From: Camelus ferus
Taxonomy: Eukaryota
Length of the DNA: 64,000 nucleotides
Assembly: GCF_009834535.1 (NCBI RefSeq)
Contig: NC_045697.1
Coordinates: 20,958,001-21,022,000, forward strand
Direction of reading: 5' to 3'
The position numbers and the translations under genes were made by a program. The notes beneath the pieces were generated by a model. It had not been told where the DNA came from. It saw only the letters and a program-made list of their open reading frames with translations, and made no database searches. Positions 12,302 through 24,741 of the stretch are shown in pieces (within the stretch, counting starts at the first letter, position 1; the number at the start of each line of letters is the position of its first letter).

Positions 12302-12789
12302 TTAATCAGGCAAGGAAGACTTTCTTCAAGCTTATCTCAATGGGGGAAAGGGACCAGAATTCATTCTGAGCTCAACTCTATTGGAACAATGGGTAGGAGA
12401 GTTTTGAAGAGCTGAGATGGGATGGGGTGAGGAGATCTTAGGCCATCTGTGCTTGCTAATGAGACTTAGCCAGATGGAAAACAAACTTTCTCTTATCTTC
12501 AGGACAGGAAGTAGTTTTACAACTTAGAATAGGGTGCTCACTACGTTAGATTCTGATCCCCAGTTCCACCCCGACAGAAACTTAGAATAGGGGCTCTTTC
12601 TTCCCTGATGATTTCATTTCAAAGGGATGTCTCCCTGGTCCTTGGCAAAGACTTTCCATGATGGTAAAACTGGCCTGAGGCTTTTAAGAAGATTTACATC
12701 TTAAAGAGGCAAAGAGAGAATTTACAAGTTTTCCAGAGAAAAGGGAGGTCAGAACCTAGCCTTAGGAAGAAATTTGTCTAAACTTTCAT
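12302..12789 (-). mobile_element. MER31/MER67-like ERV1 solo LTR
   Basis: Reverse complement reads 'ctgacctcccttttctctggaaaacttgtaaattctctctttgcctctttaagatgtaaatcttc...ccaaggaccagggagacatccctttgaaatgaaatcatc', matching the recalled MER31 consensus. Confidence 0.75.
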
Positions 12790-14094
12790 AGATTTGAAGA
12801 AAACTTTGAGTCTGAGGCTGTCTTATTATATGTATTCAGAAACCATGGTAGAGTTAATTGTAAGATTCATTCTTATGAGTGTTATATTTCTTTTGTGGAC
12901 TTTTTTGCTTCCAGGGCCTTTCATAATTAATGAATATGGGAGGAAAAAAGTGTTTGATGGGAAATCCCAGGGGAAAAAAAAATTCCTGGGATTTCTTTAG
13001 TGATTCTTGTTCAGAAAGGTAATATGTTGAAGTAAAAAGAAGCAAAGCAAACAAACAAAACTTAGCTTAGCTACAGGTGGACCTGTATCCTTTCTACAAT
13101 ATGTACCATTTGTGAACATTAAGCAGGGGGAGTTAATTTTCCACCAAAGTTAGTTGTTATTACTGAAGTTATTAAAACACAAGGCTTTTTTTGTTTTTAA
13201 AATATCTAATTTTGTTTAAAGAAAAAAACTTATAATAGAGGAGATGAAATTTATAGTAAATATTAAGCATAGATGGCAGGTAAAGCAAGTAGCTTGTGAT
13301 AAACCTAATTCATAGGATGTATTAAAAAGTATAGGTAATAAATAATCAAGGGAGAAGCTAAATAATAAGTAAGTTAGTCATTGGTAAGACATGCTAAAGA
13401 GAAAATAAAACTAAGTTATGATGGGACAAACAAATGTGTAACTTTTAGATAAAAAGCAGCGAGATGATTAATGTTCTCCATGACAGTTCTGAGACGCTAG
13501 CTATGCTTTACTTAAACTGGTCACCCACTGATGACGCCCAGTACAGTTTACTTGTGAATCCATAAGGACTCTGTTCAGACAAAGCAGGAAAACCCCCAAC
13601 TCTTTAGGAGCTAACTAGTGAACTGTGTCTGTGTTCACCTCTATTTCCCATAAAATACTTTCCATCTGTGAGCCTCCTTGCTCAAACTTCTGCCATAATC
13701 TTATTAATCACTTCATCACCAGGAAAGGTTGAGATGCAACAGAAGAAAGACAACAAATAAGAACGATGTGTGACCTTGATTCAGGTCTGCATACTTGGAC
13801 CCTGCATTAAGTATGTTAGCATATCCCATTCATTATCCCTGTTTCCTCACTAGCTGTTTTACATTGAATTAATTAACCATCTAATTTGAGTACCTTAATT
13901 TCATCCATAAATCTGGTCTGTCTGGAATAGCTGGCGTGGAGGCCACCATTAAATCACAGTCGTGTTCTGTGTGATAGTTATTGTACATTAATGCCTAGCA
14001 CGGGGTACAGGCCTGGGTCGATGCTCAGTAAATGACTGCTATCCCTTATCATAATTTCCAGATTTGGTATCTACAGTCACATGCTTACCTAGAT

Positions 14095-14309
14095 CAGTGG
14101 TTCTTAAAAAGGGGGAGTTTTGTCCTCTAAGGAATATTTTACAGTGTCTGGAGATACTTTTGATTGTCACTACAAAGGGGAAGCTAGTGGTACCTGGTGG
14201 GTAGGGAATCAGGGATGCTGTTAACCATCCTATGATGCATAGCATAGTCTCCCAACCCAAGGGATTATCGAGTCCAAATGCCAATATTGGTGTGATTAAA
14301 AAACCTCTA
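14095..14309 (+). mobile_element. MER20 (hAT-Charlie) non-autonomous DNA transposon
   Basis: 'cagtggttcttaaaaagggggagttttgtcctc..gtgtctggagatacttttgattgtcact...cagggatgctgttaaccatcctatgatgcatagcatagtctccc...ccaaatgccaatattgg'; flanked by CTAGA-core target sites (acctagat / atctagaa). Confidence 0.85.
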
Positions 14310-15955
14310 TCTAGAATGAACATGCTCCCCCATCCTCACTGATAATTTTGGTATCAGTCTAGATATAGAAATTTATATTTTAGCTAATGCAATCTACTTC
14401 AAGATAATGTATTTACTTCAAAATAATTTTGAAACAATCTGCCTTATGCAATTACCTCAGCAATTATTTAAGATACTTAGGTACTGAATGATAACTATTG
14501 TACAATTACATTGTAAAGATTTAAATTCAACACTGAATATGATGAAATTTTTTAAAAAAAAACTGATCAGTCCTCAGCTTTCAACATTTTCTCAAATGCT
14601 ATTAGCTATGACTCAGAAAAATCATCTTTGTTAATCATACTTTGAAAATATCATGAAAAGTATTTCTTAAGAGTTAACCAGAAGCACTAGGGGCTCTGGT
14701 GAAATCAGAGATCTTCCATTGCTAAGAACATTAAAGTCAACAGTTTATCTGTGTTAGACTAATATACTAACATTTGTGTTACACTAACAATGTGTTATAC
14801 TAAAAGGCAAGATGTAGTAGGAACTAAAAAATAATTGCCGGACTGAACTCAGCTTCAGGTATGATTTTTATCTCCATAACTAAGTTTATCTTCCCAATTG
14901 TTAAAGATAAAGAGTAGCTATCACTTGATATTATGATAGGATTAGACAATTTTAAAAGGATGGGTGTCTAAGAATTTTTTTACATCTGTTATCTCATGCT
15001 TTATTTTCCAATTTCTTTTATTAAATTTATATTTTATATTTACAAAATCTTAACATCCTTTGGAAATGTAGTGTGTTGTATGTGTTTGTGTGAGGTGGAA
15101 GGCAAAAATTTTAAAAAGGTTGGATTCTCAGAGACAGCAGATGAAGAGATAACAGAAGACATGGAGTAAAACTGAAGGTTGACTTTCTAGTTTCGTTCCA
15201 GTTTCTGACCAGGAAACTTGCCCTGGTCAGCACACAGAATGGATTCATCCAGCCACGTGTCTCTCATCTGGATGAGCAGAGGATGTAAGCCATGTAAATG
15301 GAGCCAAATAGAAGATGAGTTTGTAGGGGAGCACGTGGGCGAAGTGATTCACAAGTTGTCTCCTTTGGCAAATACTTCACACAATATTCCTAAGACTTCA
15401 CCTCTTCTCTGTCCTCATTGGACTAGGTAGAACACAAAACAAAATAAAAAAAAATTAATAATGAGTAAAGCCACAATAATAATGCTGCCCAAGAGGTGTT
15501 AGAGAATTAATATTTATAAAATTGTCTACACTTCAGATATAAGATAAGGAAGCATCAGATTGATAAATAAGTTAAATTAGACCTTCCTTTGACAAATAGC
15601 GCTATCAAAATTTTATCCTTCCTCTGTCTCCTATTAAAGCTAAAACCTACTCCCACTACATTATGTGATCCTTAATCTTTCTGGGGGCTTCATTGCCAAC
15701 CCAATTCATGCCACATTTCACTTCATTTTAAGATGCTCTTCTTTTTGTCTATCGTATCTTACCAATTCTTCAAGATTTAACTCAAGCTGTATTGATGGCT
15801 ACACTACACCTTAGCCCAGATGGAGTTCTCCTTTTCTGACCATCAAAGGACATTAGCTTGAACCATTCACATTCTTAAGACTTTAAATAAACTATATATT
15901 TTTCTTTCACACAAATTTGCATACTCCCTCATGAACCAGACTTCATACCTTTATG

Positions 15956-16028
15956 CTTTATTTCTGGTATTTCTTTATTTCTGGTATTAAAGAGTCTCTG
16001 CTTTATTTCTGGTATTAAAGAGTCTCTG
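15956..16028 (+). repeat. Tandem duplication: two perfect 28-bp units plus a 16-bp partial copy
   Basis: ctttatttctggtattaaagagtctctg at 15973-16000 and 16001-16028; ctttatttctggtatt at 15956-15971. Confidence 0.95.
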
Positions 16029-16029
16029 T

Positions 16030-16146
16030 AGTATATCCCTATACACATGTCGCCAAGATTGTTGTACGGATTAATTGAGATTAATGTATATGAATGTACC
16101 TCGCCTGATGTTTGACACAAAGTGCATGAGAACACAATAAATATTT
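16030..16146 (+). mobile_element. MIR 3' half
   Basis: 'gattgttgtacggattaattgagattaatgtatatgaatgtacc...tgtttgacacaaagt...caataaatattt'. Confidence 0.6.
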
Positions 16147-16233
16147 ATGTAGATAAAAAGGTGAAGCAGGTGGAGGAAAGAGAGAGCAAGAGAGAAATGG
16201 AGTGGAGCAGATGGAGAAACCCCTTGGTAGGAG

Positions 16234-16331
16234 TGGAGAGACACAGAGAGACAGAGATGAGAGAGAGACAGAGATGAGAGAGAGACAGAGATGCGAGAGA
16301 GAGACAGAGTGCGAGCGAGCGAGCGTGAGCG
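16234..16331. repeat. GA-rich compound microsatellite (gagacagagatgagaga-type units, then (GAGC)n)
   Basis: Visible directly. Confidence 0.9.
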
Positions 16332-17261
16332 CTTGTTCCACCAATCAAAAGGGAAATAATTTAGACACTTTTACCTAGAAAGGAGAAAAGAAGAAAAAAG
16401 TAACTATGTCTCCCTAGGCAAAAGGAGTCTCTAAGTTATTTTCTCCTTCACAAGGAAAGAGGAAAACAGATGGGGTCCATTGCTTCTGTGGGACGAGTGG
16501 GGAAAGAAGAGACTCCCAGCACAGGGCGCACAGAAACCGCATCAAGTAAATGAAATGCCAAGATGACACAACAGTGACAGGGGATTTCAGTAAAGACTAG
16601 CAGAGAACGTGGCGTCACAGAGAGCAGTGGTGTTGTAGACTCAAGGTGACTCAAATGGTGACTTCAGTCATTAACTGTGCTGACCACTACAGAAAAAGCT
16701 GAGAGTCTGCCAAGATTCTCATGGGGAAAAATAATGGAACTCAGAGTGTCTTAGGTTCCAACAATGACTTTTATATGTGTTTGGCCAAATAATACATCAC
16801 TGCGAGATGATTCACATCCCACTGACTGTCCATCCCCAGGCTGATTGCCAAGAAAGCATCTATACTATATGGAAGTTAGAGTTATTCAATAATAATTATA
16901 TCAAATTTTTCATATTCATATCTGAACTGCTTGAAAGTTTTAGTGTATTTTTGTGCCTACCCATATTTCTTACCCATACTTTTTTGAAACTTCATACTAA
17001 TATTTAAATTAGACATACTTGGTGTTTATGACAAAAACACTGTTAAAATGAACACTATTACAGAGAAAAGGAAAATAAGAAGCTAGCTAGGTGTCCCACT
17101 TAACACATTAGCTAGTGTAATATCATTGTAATAATGCAGATATTTTTATAATTTGTTTAATAAAATGATAAAAACATTAAGTAAAATGGTGAGGTTGTAT
17201 TTGTTATAGAGTATTGGGAAGATATTAAGATCCTAATAAGGCAACTATGATTTTTAACTTA

Positions 17262-17707
17262 CAACAGTTTTCTATTGCTACATAGCTAACTGTCTCAAAA
17301 TGTAGTGGTTGGCAGGGCTCAGAAGGGTTCATCAATTGTTATGCAATTTCAGTCAAATGGCAGCTGGGGCTGGAGTCATCTGAAGGCTCCACTGGGCCAC
17401 TTGGACACTGGGTAGCTGGGCCTCCCTCCCTTTGTATGTAGCATCATAGCCTCTCTATGTCATCCCTCTATGTATGGTAGCTGAACTATTTTCATGGTAA
17501 CTCAGAGATTCCAAGAGCACAAAAATGGAATCCTTCAAGCTTTTAACATTTAGAAGCAAAACTGGCACAGTGTTTGATCACCACCTTCTACTGATTAAAA
17601 CAAGTCACAGAGTCATCCAAAAATCATCATGGACAAGGACTACACAATGATGTGAATGCCAGCAGTGGTGGCTCACTGGGGTTCCTGTTTGAAAACTAGT
17701 TACCATA
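17262..17707 (-). mobile_element. MLT1 (MaLR) solo LTR, older MLT1H/K-like
   Basis: 'ttttctattgctacatagctaac..caaaatgtagtggtt', 'cagctggggctggagtcatctgaaggctccactggg', 'ttctactgattaaaacaagtcaca', 'gtgaatgccagcagtggtggctcactgggg'. Confidence 0.75.
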
Positions 17708-18507
17708 GGAGCCATTCAAGAAGCCTTTAATTGTGTAGCTGCAAGAGGGAATGAGCATCGTATTGAAAAGAGGAAAAGAAACAGTATAAGGTTTAAATAG
17801 TGAAACAGTTAGCTCTACATATGTGATCACTTTCCCTGCACAGAATCCATTCCCCTTGTGGTTCAGTGTATTCTAATTTTCATGAAATATCATATGTTCC
17901 ATGTCAGAGCAACTTTCCACTGACTTCTGACTCATAACTCTTTTCATGGAAGTATTGATGTCTAGTATATTCCCTTTTTCTGAGTCCTGAATCAAATGTG
18001 ATAGAATAGCACTGACATTGCCCACTCTATATGCTGTACTTCTGACACTGAAACACATGGAAGTTATGCTGAGGACATGTATTCCCATACAGAGACCACC
18101 AAAGAGCAGTCGCATTTTTAGCCTAAATTGAAAAGGACAGCCCCCACATAGAAGTGATTTTTCATAGATATGTAAAGATCAAGATTAGGTTTTTCTTCCA
18201 TGGCTGAATAGACAGCATTTTCAAAGGGAACTGAGAAGTAACATGAAGCCACACATGGGGCACTCATAATAAATTAGCTACAGACAGGATGTGTGGACTT
18301 GATAAAGCTTAAGGGAAACTACCCAAGAATACAGAAAATTAGTATCTCACTTCCTGTCTGCCTGTCTGGAATTATTAATTTTTTGAGAGGGATATTCCTA
18401 ACTCCCGGAGGGCAGGATTGAGAGTAGCAGAGCTGGAAATTTGGCAAAATTTGACTTTAGTGATGGAACTTTGTTTCCTTAAAGGAGAGTTCTCGCCCCT
18501 ACTTTGA

Positions 18508-18544
18508 GTGTGGTGTGTGTGTGTGTGTGTGCGTGCACGTGCAC
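18508..18544. repeat. (TG)n microsatellite ending in the palindrome gtgcacgtgcac
   Basis: Visible directly. Confidence 0.9.
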
Positions 18545-18729
18545 TTATGTGTTGAGGAGTTAGTATAAATTTAACTGCATTCTAAAAGTACACTGAAGAG
18601 GAAGGAGGTTGTGTTTCCTCCATTTAGATGGACACTCTCTCTTTATCCCCTGCTTTTCAGTCCCATGCCTCTTTCCAGCCTCTGCTGCAACAGGTCTGCT
18701 GCACCTCTCTGGATCATTTTCTCTAGAGA

Positions 18730-18965
18730 ATTTGCATCTGATCTTTGGTTGGAGAGTTGGGAAGTGAGCTGGGTGGGTGGGGAGGGGTACAAAGGGAGGA
18801 GTAATGAGAGTTGTCTAGTTGCATAATTTAGAAAAGCTGCAGACCAGACTTTTCCACAGCCAGCTTGACTTTCCCACTCTTCAGCAAGAAAGTCTTCAAC
18901 CAATTTTTCTTCTTTTGAAGTGGTATCCTACCTCAGCCCTCTGTGGGGCCTGGCATGTATAAAAG
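18730..18965 (+). promoter_or_regulatory. Candidate promoter/enhancer (octamer, GT/GC box, CCAAT, TATA)
   Basis: ATTTGCAT 18730-18737; GGGTGGGTGGGGAGGGG 18771-18787; CCAAT 18900-18904; TATAAAAG 18958-18965, in non-repeat, locally GC-richer sequence; motif evidence only. Confidence 0.3.
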
Positions 18966-20439
18966 CTGAGCTTGTAAAGAGATTTTGTGAGGCAAGTTGG
19001 CTTAGTTCACATTGTTTTCTCCCTCTACAGTCAATTAAATTATACCTTTCTTCACATTCTCAAGTCACTTATCACTCCTGTATCTGAATTACTTGTTTTA
19101 GAAAATATAACATATTTTGTCTGATGTGATTATTGTTATTGATGCCTAATGCCTTTTTCATTTTTAAGTACCTTTCCAGTGGGTTTTTTGAGAGGCTAAA
19201 TTATCAATACTCTTGTTCAACTCAGAGGCTTTAGTTATTACTGTTCTTATTTTTGCTATATGCTCTTGAGATTGTTTAATAAATTCTAGTAAACCAAAAA
19301 AAAAAAAAATCATAATCACTTGTTTTTCTTGGTCCAGTATTCATTCAAACTTCTTTGGTTGGTTTCTTCTGAAAGTGTTTCCAGTTATTTTTTTCCTCTA
19401 TAAAATCTTTTATAAGGAACAAATAGGTTATTAGAAAAAAATCCAATATTGATCAATACTCAGTATTTTTTAAATATAAAACACTACTAAGAGTAATGTA
19501 AGAATTTTCTCATAGCATTTGTATCACTATCTTTTAATTAAGTGAGAAGTGAGATGCTGGCCTAAAGCCAGGTTAGTAATGCTCTAAAAACTAACACTCT
19601 AAAAATACTACTGAATAATTAGTGCTGTGAGATTATCTGATAATTTCCAACCTCTGTTCTCTTACATTTACTTCAGGTCTCAGACTAGTTTGGGATTATT
19701 TGCCTTATGTGGTTTTAAATATGCAATTTTTGCTGATGACAGAAAATTTTGCTTCAGAAGTTCATCATATGAAAAACTACAATATTGTTTCAGTATTGTA
19801 GGGAAAAAGTAGCTTAATGTAAGTTAACAAAAACTGAAAATTATTTGGATGAGATATTTGCTTGTGTTAAAATGAACATTACTAAATATTTTTATATAAT
19901 AATTCAGTTCATTTGCCTATTCGATATGTAGCTGTACTAACAACAAAACAACTTTGACCACAGAGCTATTTTAGGATCCATTTTGGGGATTTTTACTGAA
20001 AAGTAAGTGAAAATTATATGGGTCCAGGTAACTGAGCTATTTCAAAACTTCCTCTCCATCCCAAGGAACCGTGAACCTGGCTCACATGCACTTCAATTGC
20101 TCACACATAATTGAAAAAATATATTTGACTTGTATTAGGCCTTTATACTTATTCTATTATTAAGTGTAATAAATATACTTGTTTGATTTTTGAGTATAAT
20201 AAATAGACAATTAATTTTTACAGTAAAATATCACTGTTGTTGCCTCTTTGCTGTACTTTTAAATCAAAATCTGGTTGGAAGTTGATTCCTTGGAAATAAA
20301 TTATAGTTTTAAATAAGAAATCATCTGAATCAGAACCAGAAATGATGAACTGTGTCAAAAGTTATAATATAGAGACAAGTGGCAAAAATTCAACATCCAA
20401 AAGTTGCAACCTGGTAAGGAAAGAAATAGAAAGATATAA

Positions 20440-20656
20440 TTAATATACTAATAATTCACAATTTAAAGTGTAAAATTGAATATTTCAGTAAATTCACAAG
20501 ATTATTTAACCATAATCACAATCAAATAACCTTTTCTTTCCCCTAAAGAAATCTTGGGCCACTTAGCAGTCAATCTCCATTACCCTCTGCCCAACTCTGA
20601 CCTCTATCCTAAGCAAACACTGCATACTTCCTCCCTCTATAAATTTAGCTCATCTG
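20440..20656 (-). mobile_element. L1MB-like 3' end fragment
   Basis: 'ataattcacaatttaaagtgtaaaattg..tttcagtaaattcacaagattatttaaccataatcacaatc...cccctaaagaaatc..cacttagcagtcaatctccatt'. Confidence 0.65.
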
Positions 20657-20898
20657 AGCAAATGTCTAGGGACTTTGAAAGATTTTTTAAAAACGTGATT
20701 TCAGTAGTTAAATTGTTGTTTTGTTGTGGAAAGAGCTACTGAGCTATTTATACTGTCATTCTCTAAGTCCTGTTCTTTCCAGTTGTTCTAACTCACCTTT
20801 ATTAAATATTATTTTTCAAATCATGTTATATTTAAAATAATTTTAATACAGATGTTAAACATGTATTTTAGAAGATATCAAAACAATCATTTTTTTCC

Positions 20899-21378
20899 TG
20901 TAATAAGCAGAATAAAAGGGATCCTAAAGATATCCATGTTGTAATTCTCAGAATCTGTGAGTTCTATACCTTTCTTGGCAAGGGGGAATTAAGATGGAAC
21001 TAAGATTGCTAACCAGCTGACCTTAAAATAAGGACATTATCCCAGATTATCTGGGTTGGTCCATGCAGAATCTTAAAGTGTAGAAGAGGGAGGCAGGAGA
21101 AGCGTCTGTGTAGGAGTGGTAGGAGAAAGACATGAATGGTTGTTACTGGCTTTGAAGATAAAATGAAATCACAAAGAAAAGAATCTGGGAAATCTCTAGA
21201 CACTGTAAAAGGCGAGTAAACATATTATCCTGTAGAGACTCCAGAAAGGAACGAAGCCCTAGTGACATTTGAATTTTATCAAGATGAAATGTTTTGAACT
21301 TCTGAAATCCAGATCTGTGTTATTTTAAGCTACCAAGTTCGTGCTAATACGTCACAGCTGTGGTAGGAATCGAACATA
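20899..21378 (+). mobile_element. MLT1C/D solo LTR
   Basis: 'tgtaataagcagaataa..cctaaagatatccatg', 'aagattgctaaccagctgaccttaaaataagga.attatcccagattatctgggttgg', 3' end 'ttttaagctaccaagttcgtgctaatacgtcacagc'. Confidence 0.85.
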
Positions 21379-24300
21379 TTTTCTGTCTCCTGAAAATACA
21401 AGTTCATTTTGAAATGGAAAAAAAAAATTAAACACTTACATCAGAATTTATAAAATAGAATGATCTCAAATCTTTAAATTAAGAGAAACTTCTGTTTAAC
21501 AATTTGTTATCTTCAATATGGACTGAGTTTCACAGTTGGACAAGTTTTTCTTTTTTTTAATAAATAGAAGTATATATGTATTTCCAGCATATAATCTAAA
21601 ATTACATCTCTTTCTACTAATAAAACTATTATGTGTATAAGCATGTAGGAAAAGCAAATGTTCCAAACATCACATTATTAGCTGCATTCTTGAAATATTT
21701 TCAGTTATCGCTAATTGTCCATGTGCTATAATCTAATAATTATATGAAGTGTCTGAAACAAAATGAAAATAATAAAGTTGAATATGTAACAGATAAGAAG
21801 TAACAGCAAGGAAGCTAAAACCAAAGGACATACATAATCTAAGTTTTAGTTATGCTTGAAACAGAACATATATAGAGCCTGAGAGCTGCTGATAAAATGT
21901 ATATAATATATATATATAATATGTTAAAAATTCCAGTCAGTGAATAGTTATTTTAAGGTTATCATTATTTTTCTCACATAAAAATTGGATATTTTTTAAG
22001 AAACCCAGAAGTCCAAATTCAAATATCAAGAAAAATTATTGTACTCCATGTATAATTCGTATTCAGCAAATACATAGATGCTTCACAAGTTCATCAGATG
22101 TTAATGATTACCTCAGATGAGGGGTGACTTTCCTGAACATCAACACAATATAAATATATCAGGTGGAACCACTGAGCTTAGCAAAGCGACCTGATTCCAA
22201 ACAGGCAGGCAGATTCTCAGGTTAATCAAAACAACCCTCATTCTGATCATGGCTCAGTAATTTACAATGGTGGTCTTGTTAAATTTATTTAATCACTTCC
22301 CACCCTAAGGTTTGCTCTAGCGTTTCTTCTTTGTATGCTTACTATGGAACACTGTGATAGAAGAAGGTGACAACCTGAGTAAAGAATATAGTATTTAAAA
22401 TGATCACTTCACATCTTCTTTTCTCAGTTTTATAGAATATAATCCACTGAGAGCATGTAATTAGGACTCTAAGACATATTGGTGTCTTTTTAGTGGTTAT
22501 TTTCATCTACAGGACTTCTTTTGTTAATAATCCATATTCTCTATTCAGGTAACAACAGATAGACACATTATAATTGAATAGTTTTTCTATCCTGTCTTTG
22601 TCATTCATTAACTGTGGTCCATTGTTCTAAGTAGGTCTATTATTATTTCCCCCTTATTGTCTGAATAAAGATTAAAATAACTTTTTTGTTGTTGTTCTTA
22701 AATTTCTACTGCCCTTAGGTTTTCTGAGACTTGTGCTTATCATTTAAATTTGTTTTTAGTTATGTGTTCTTATTTCCATCTTTTATACATTTTATTTAAG
22801 TTTTCAGAAGTTGTACTTATTGGAAAACTCCCTGGCCTCTCATACTATTGCTTTAGGTGCCTTCTGTTTTTCTCCTTCATAAAAACATATTATAATTGCA
22901 TAATCCAAATGTGTTTTTGAGAGCTTCTCAACTCTCTTGAGGCAATTTTGCTTTTCCAGTCTCAAAATATGCAATGACCCAATAATCTCTCTGAGTCATA
23001 TTTCTTTCTATCATCCTCATGTTTGCCTCTTCTTATTACCTTCTTTCCTAATGATGACAATAAGTATGCAAGTTTTCCATAGACACTTCAAAAACTAATT
23101 CAACTGTAAACTTTAATTTTCCTAGATAGTAGTTCTCTCTTTGTTCAATATATGCTATTTTCCACTTGTGATCATTTTGACACTCATTTTGATTCATCTT
23201 CCATGTTCAAATTCTTGTAAAACAGAAGTCCTTTTGGCATTGTTTCCTGTTTCCATCTAGGGATCCTTCATCTACTCTGATATGGTAGGGTGCAGAGACA
23301 AAAACTCATGGCATTCTTCCTTCTCCTAAATCATACTGGTTGATATGATTGATTGCCTTACATATGAACACTGCAGTAGTTCTACTGGGGTTCTGATTAT
23401 TATTTATGATGCAGTTTAGTGGATACCTAATACTTAAAACATTTTGCAACTCTTTCCCTCTCTCCTTTGAACCAAAATGTAGAGTGTTTTACCTAAATAT
23501 TTCCATATAATCCTATACAAACCATTATATAAGAATTACTATAATATATTTTAATCACCCAGTTACTTGATTTCCTTTTCCATGTTACTGTTATCTCCTT
23601 GGAGGCATGAGTTTGATGAATTACTTAATTTAGTGTATAACTGAGAGTTATGTTGGAAGTAGACTCAGTAGAACTTGATAATTGATAACTGGTGATTAAG
23701 GAGTAAAAGGGGAAATCTATAACAATTCATAGATTCCTGAAATCAGTGAATAGGTGGAAAATGAGGCCATGAACTAGAATATGAGATACAGATGAAAAAT
23801 TGGCTTACAAGTATTTTCATGTAGATTATTGAGCTTGTTCTCATGATGACATCATCTTTGGATATATAATTGTTGTTTATAAGTATTAGCAATATTTTAT
23901 AATGATAAAATTAGATTTAGATCATTTATTTTTAATTGCCTAACATCACACAACTGGTGAGCTCTGAAGCTAGGATCAGGTCTTGGACCAAATGCCTCAA
24001 GACTGTCCTCTTTTTTCAGGCACCTAATGATGCCTAAGATATTCCAATGCTAGCTTGAGTAAAGACTTTTTAACATATTAATTATTCAGGACAACATGAA
24101 TGGATACCTGTAAAACACTTTCAGAAATATTTAATTTTTATTTGAATTCAAGAAGCTGAATTAAGAGGAAATGAGAATGAGAAAGAAAACTTGCAAAGTC
24201 ACTTTCCCCTCCCTCACCCAGAAGCAGTTTGGCTTTAGTTTGTCTTGATGCTTCATAGTCTTTATCTCAAAGTTGCTATGTCAAAAAACTCACTTATTTT

Positions 24301-24405
24301 TTATAAAAAAAAAAAAAAAAACCCTGATCATTTGGTAATAGACTCTTAAAAAATTCAGTCATAAAGAAACCATACTAAAAACAGATACTATTCATTAATT
24401 TTGAA

Positions 24406-24741
24406 CATAAAATGGCAAACTACGACCCATGATCCATTCCTGTCCTATTGCATGTTTCTGTATGTCCCACAAAAAAAAAAAGTTTTTTACATTTTGAAAT
24501 AATTAAAAAAATCAAAGGAGTACCATTTCATGTCAATTTTATTTTTTATAATAAAATTATGTTTATTTTTTATAAATAGAATATTATTGCCACATAGCTA
24601 TAGAATCTAATTTGCCTATTGTATATGATTACTTTCAGTCTCTGAGTGGAATTGAATAACTAGTGACAGAGCCCTCATGATCCACAGTTCCTAGAGTATT
24701 TATTATCTGGCCCTTCACAGGAAAAGATTGCCAACCCCTCT
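24406..24741 (+). mobile_element. MER58-like (hAT-Charlie) DNA transposon
   Basis: Termini 'tggcaaactacgacccat' and 'tatttattatctggcccttcacaggaaaagattgccaacccct', followed by a 'ttctagaa' target-type site. Confidence 0.8.

Noticed and set aside
12521..12592. Repeated 14-mer aacttagaataggg
   Set aside because: Internal to the MER31-like LTR; no independent significance evident
14750..14803. Three copies of tgtgttaNactaa suggesting a repeat-spacer array
   Set aside because: Short, irregular spacing consistent with slippage; no CRISPR-like structure and the DNA is mammalian
15205..15280. H/ACA snoRNA reading of the twin hairpins (ACAGAA in the hinge fits ANANNA)
   Set aside because: Hairpins are far too short, with no pseudouridylation pockets and no terminal ACA box
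16081..16348. Ser/Leu-rich ORFs
   Set aside because: Translations of the GA microsatellite
18643..18903. 86-aa minus-strand ORF (MVEDFLAEEW...) as a possible first coding exon
   Set aside because: TTG start, no recognisable homology, ends in a stop with no evident splice donor
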